Shown here piece after piece: positions 31,130 to 31,777 of a stretch of DNA of 31,777 nucleotides. Where the stretch lies: NCBI GenBank assembly GCA_003565105.1, contig PXDG01000050.1, positions 1-31,777 of the forward strand, in the 5' to 3' direction. A program made the position numbers and the translations under genes. The DNA comes from Parcubacteria group bacterium (GTDB lineage Bacteria > Patescibacteriota > Minisyncoccia > SW-4-49-11). The notes beneath the pieces are model-generated. The model was not told the DNA's origin and did no database searches. It worked only from the letters and a program-made list of their open reading frames with translations. Each line of letters begins with the position of its first letter. Positions within the stretch are counted from its first letter, which is position 1.

Positions 31130-31777
31130 TTATTTAATACTATCATTATACAGGTCTCTAGTCTTTTTGGCCATATCTGACCAAGAATATTTTGTTAATA
31201 ATTGTGGTGTAATGAGATTCTGACGCTCTCTAATATGATTGTCTTGAAGTACTCTCTTCATTGCCAAATACATATCTCTCTCATCATGTGGATTCATATA
31301 ATCAAGGTCTGGTCCAAAAATTTCGGGTAAACAGGTTGCATTTGAGAGAAGTACTGGTGCCCCCATAGCAATAGCTTCTAATGGAGGTAATCCGAAACCT
31401 TCATGAAAACTTGGAAAAACATAACATACACAATCTTCATATAACTGTAATAACTCTTTATCAGGCACAAAACCTGGGAACACAACTCTGTCGGAAAGAC
31501 CTAATTCGTGAGCTAATGCAATTACTCTCTCAAAAAAATAGTCTGTTTTTCCTACTATGACTAAGCGAATATCATCATCAATATCTTTATCACAAATGAC
31601 GTATTGAAATGCACGTAATAACCCTTCAATATTTTTATGAGGATAGACATTTCCTACATATAAAAGAAATTTTCCTGGTTGAATATTATCATACGAAGAG
31701 TAATCCAGACTCTCTTTATTCACAGGATGAAATAGTTCAAGATCAATACCATTATAAATTCGAGTGATGTTTTGAGA
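31130..31777 (-). CDS. GT4 (GT-B) glycosyltransferase, 5'-truncated by the window edge
   Basis: The frame stays open to 31777 (ITRIYNGIDL..); LYVGNVYPHKNIEGL, FPGFVPD, YVFPSFHEGFGLPPLEAIAMGAPV. Confidence 0.92.
   Translation of the reverse strand, partial: SQNITRIYNGIDLELFHPVNKESLDYSSYDNIQPGKFLLYVGNVYPHKNIEGLLRAFQYVICDKDIDDDIRLVIVGKTDYFFERVIALAHELGLSDRVVFPGFVPDKELLQLYEDCVCYVFPSFHEGFGLPPLEAIAMGAPVLLSNATCLPEIFGPDLDYMNPHDERDMYLAMKRVLQDNHIRERQNLITPQLLTKYSWSDMAKKTRDLYNDSIK

Overview
A 31.8-kb chromosomal window from an AT-rich, compact, standard-code bacterium whose gene content and style point to Patescibacteria (CPR). The supporting signs are an archaeal-type UMP kinase, a pilin-LamG fusion, DUF4012/PrsW/LCP genes, leaders without Shine-Dalgarno sites, and a 23S-5S rRNA unit lacking 16S. 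TGA acts as a stop at the murD/ftsW ATGA overlap, which argues against code-25 lineages. Almost all genes are on the minus strand: cell-wall and division genes (mraY, murD, ftsW, rodA, murB), a stand-alone 23S-5S operon with its own promoter, tig, secDF, ybaB, pth, an LCP protein, clpB, pepA, dus, hsp20, prsW, hpf, DUF4012 and a partial GT4 glycosyltransferase. The standout is a 62-aa ORF (22714-22902) that looks like cyanobacterial NblA, the phycobilisome-degradation adaptor, in a non-photosynthetic organism. It has its own promoter, terminator and the only GGAGG ribosome-binding site I saw, suggesting a possible host-directed effector of a cyanobacteria-associated parasite. Other oddities are G2058/A2057-U2611 in the 23S macrolide site, two hairpin insertions in the 23S, a ClpB resembling that of Deinococcus-Thermus, and an amidohydrolase embedded in the mraY-murD-ftsW cluster. 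All homology calls are by eye and from recalled sequences; no searches were run.
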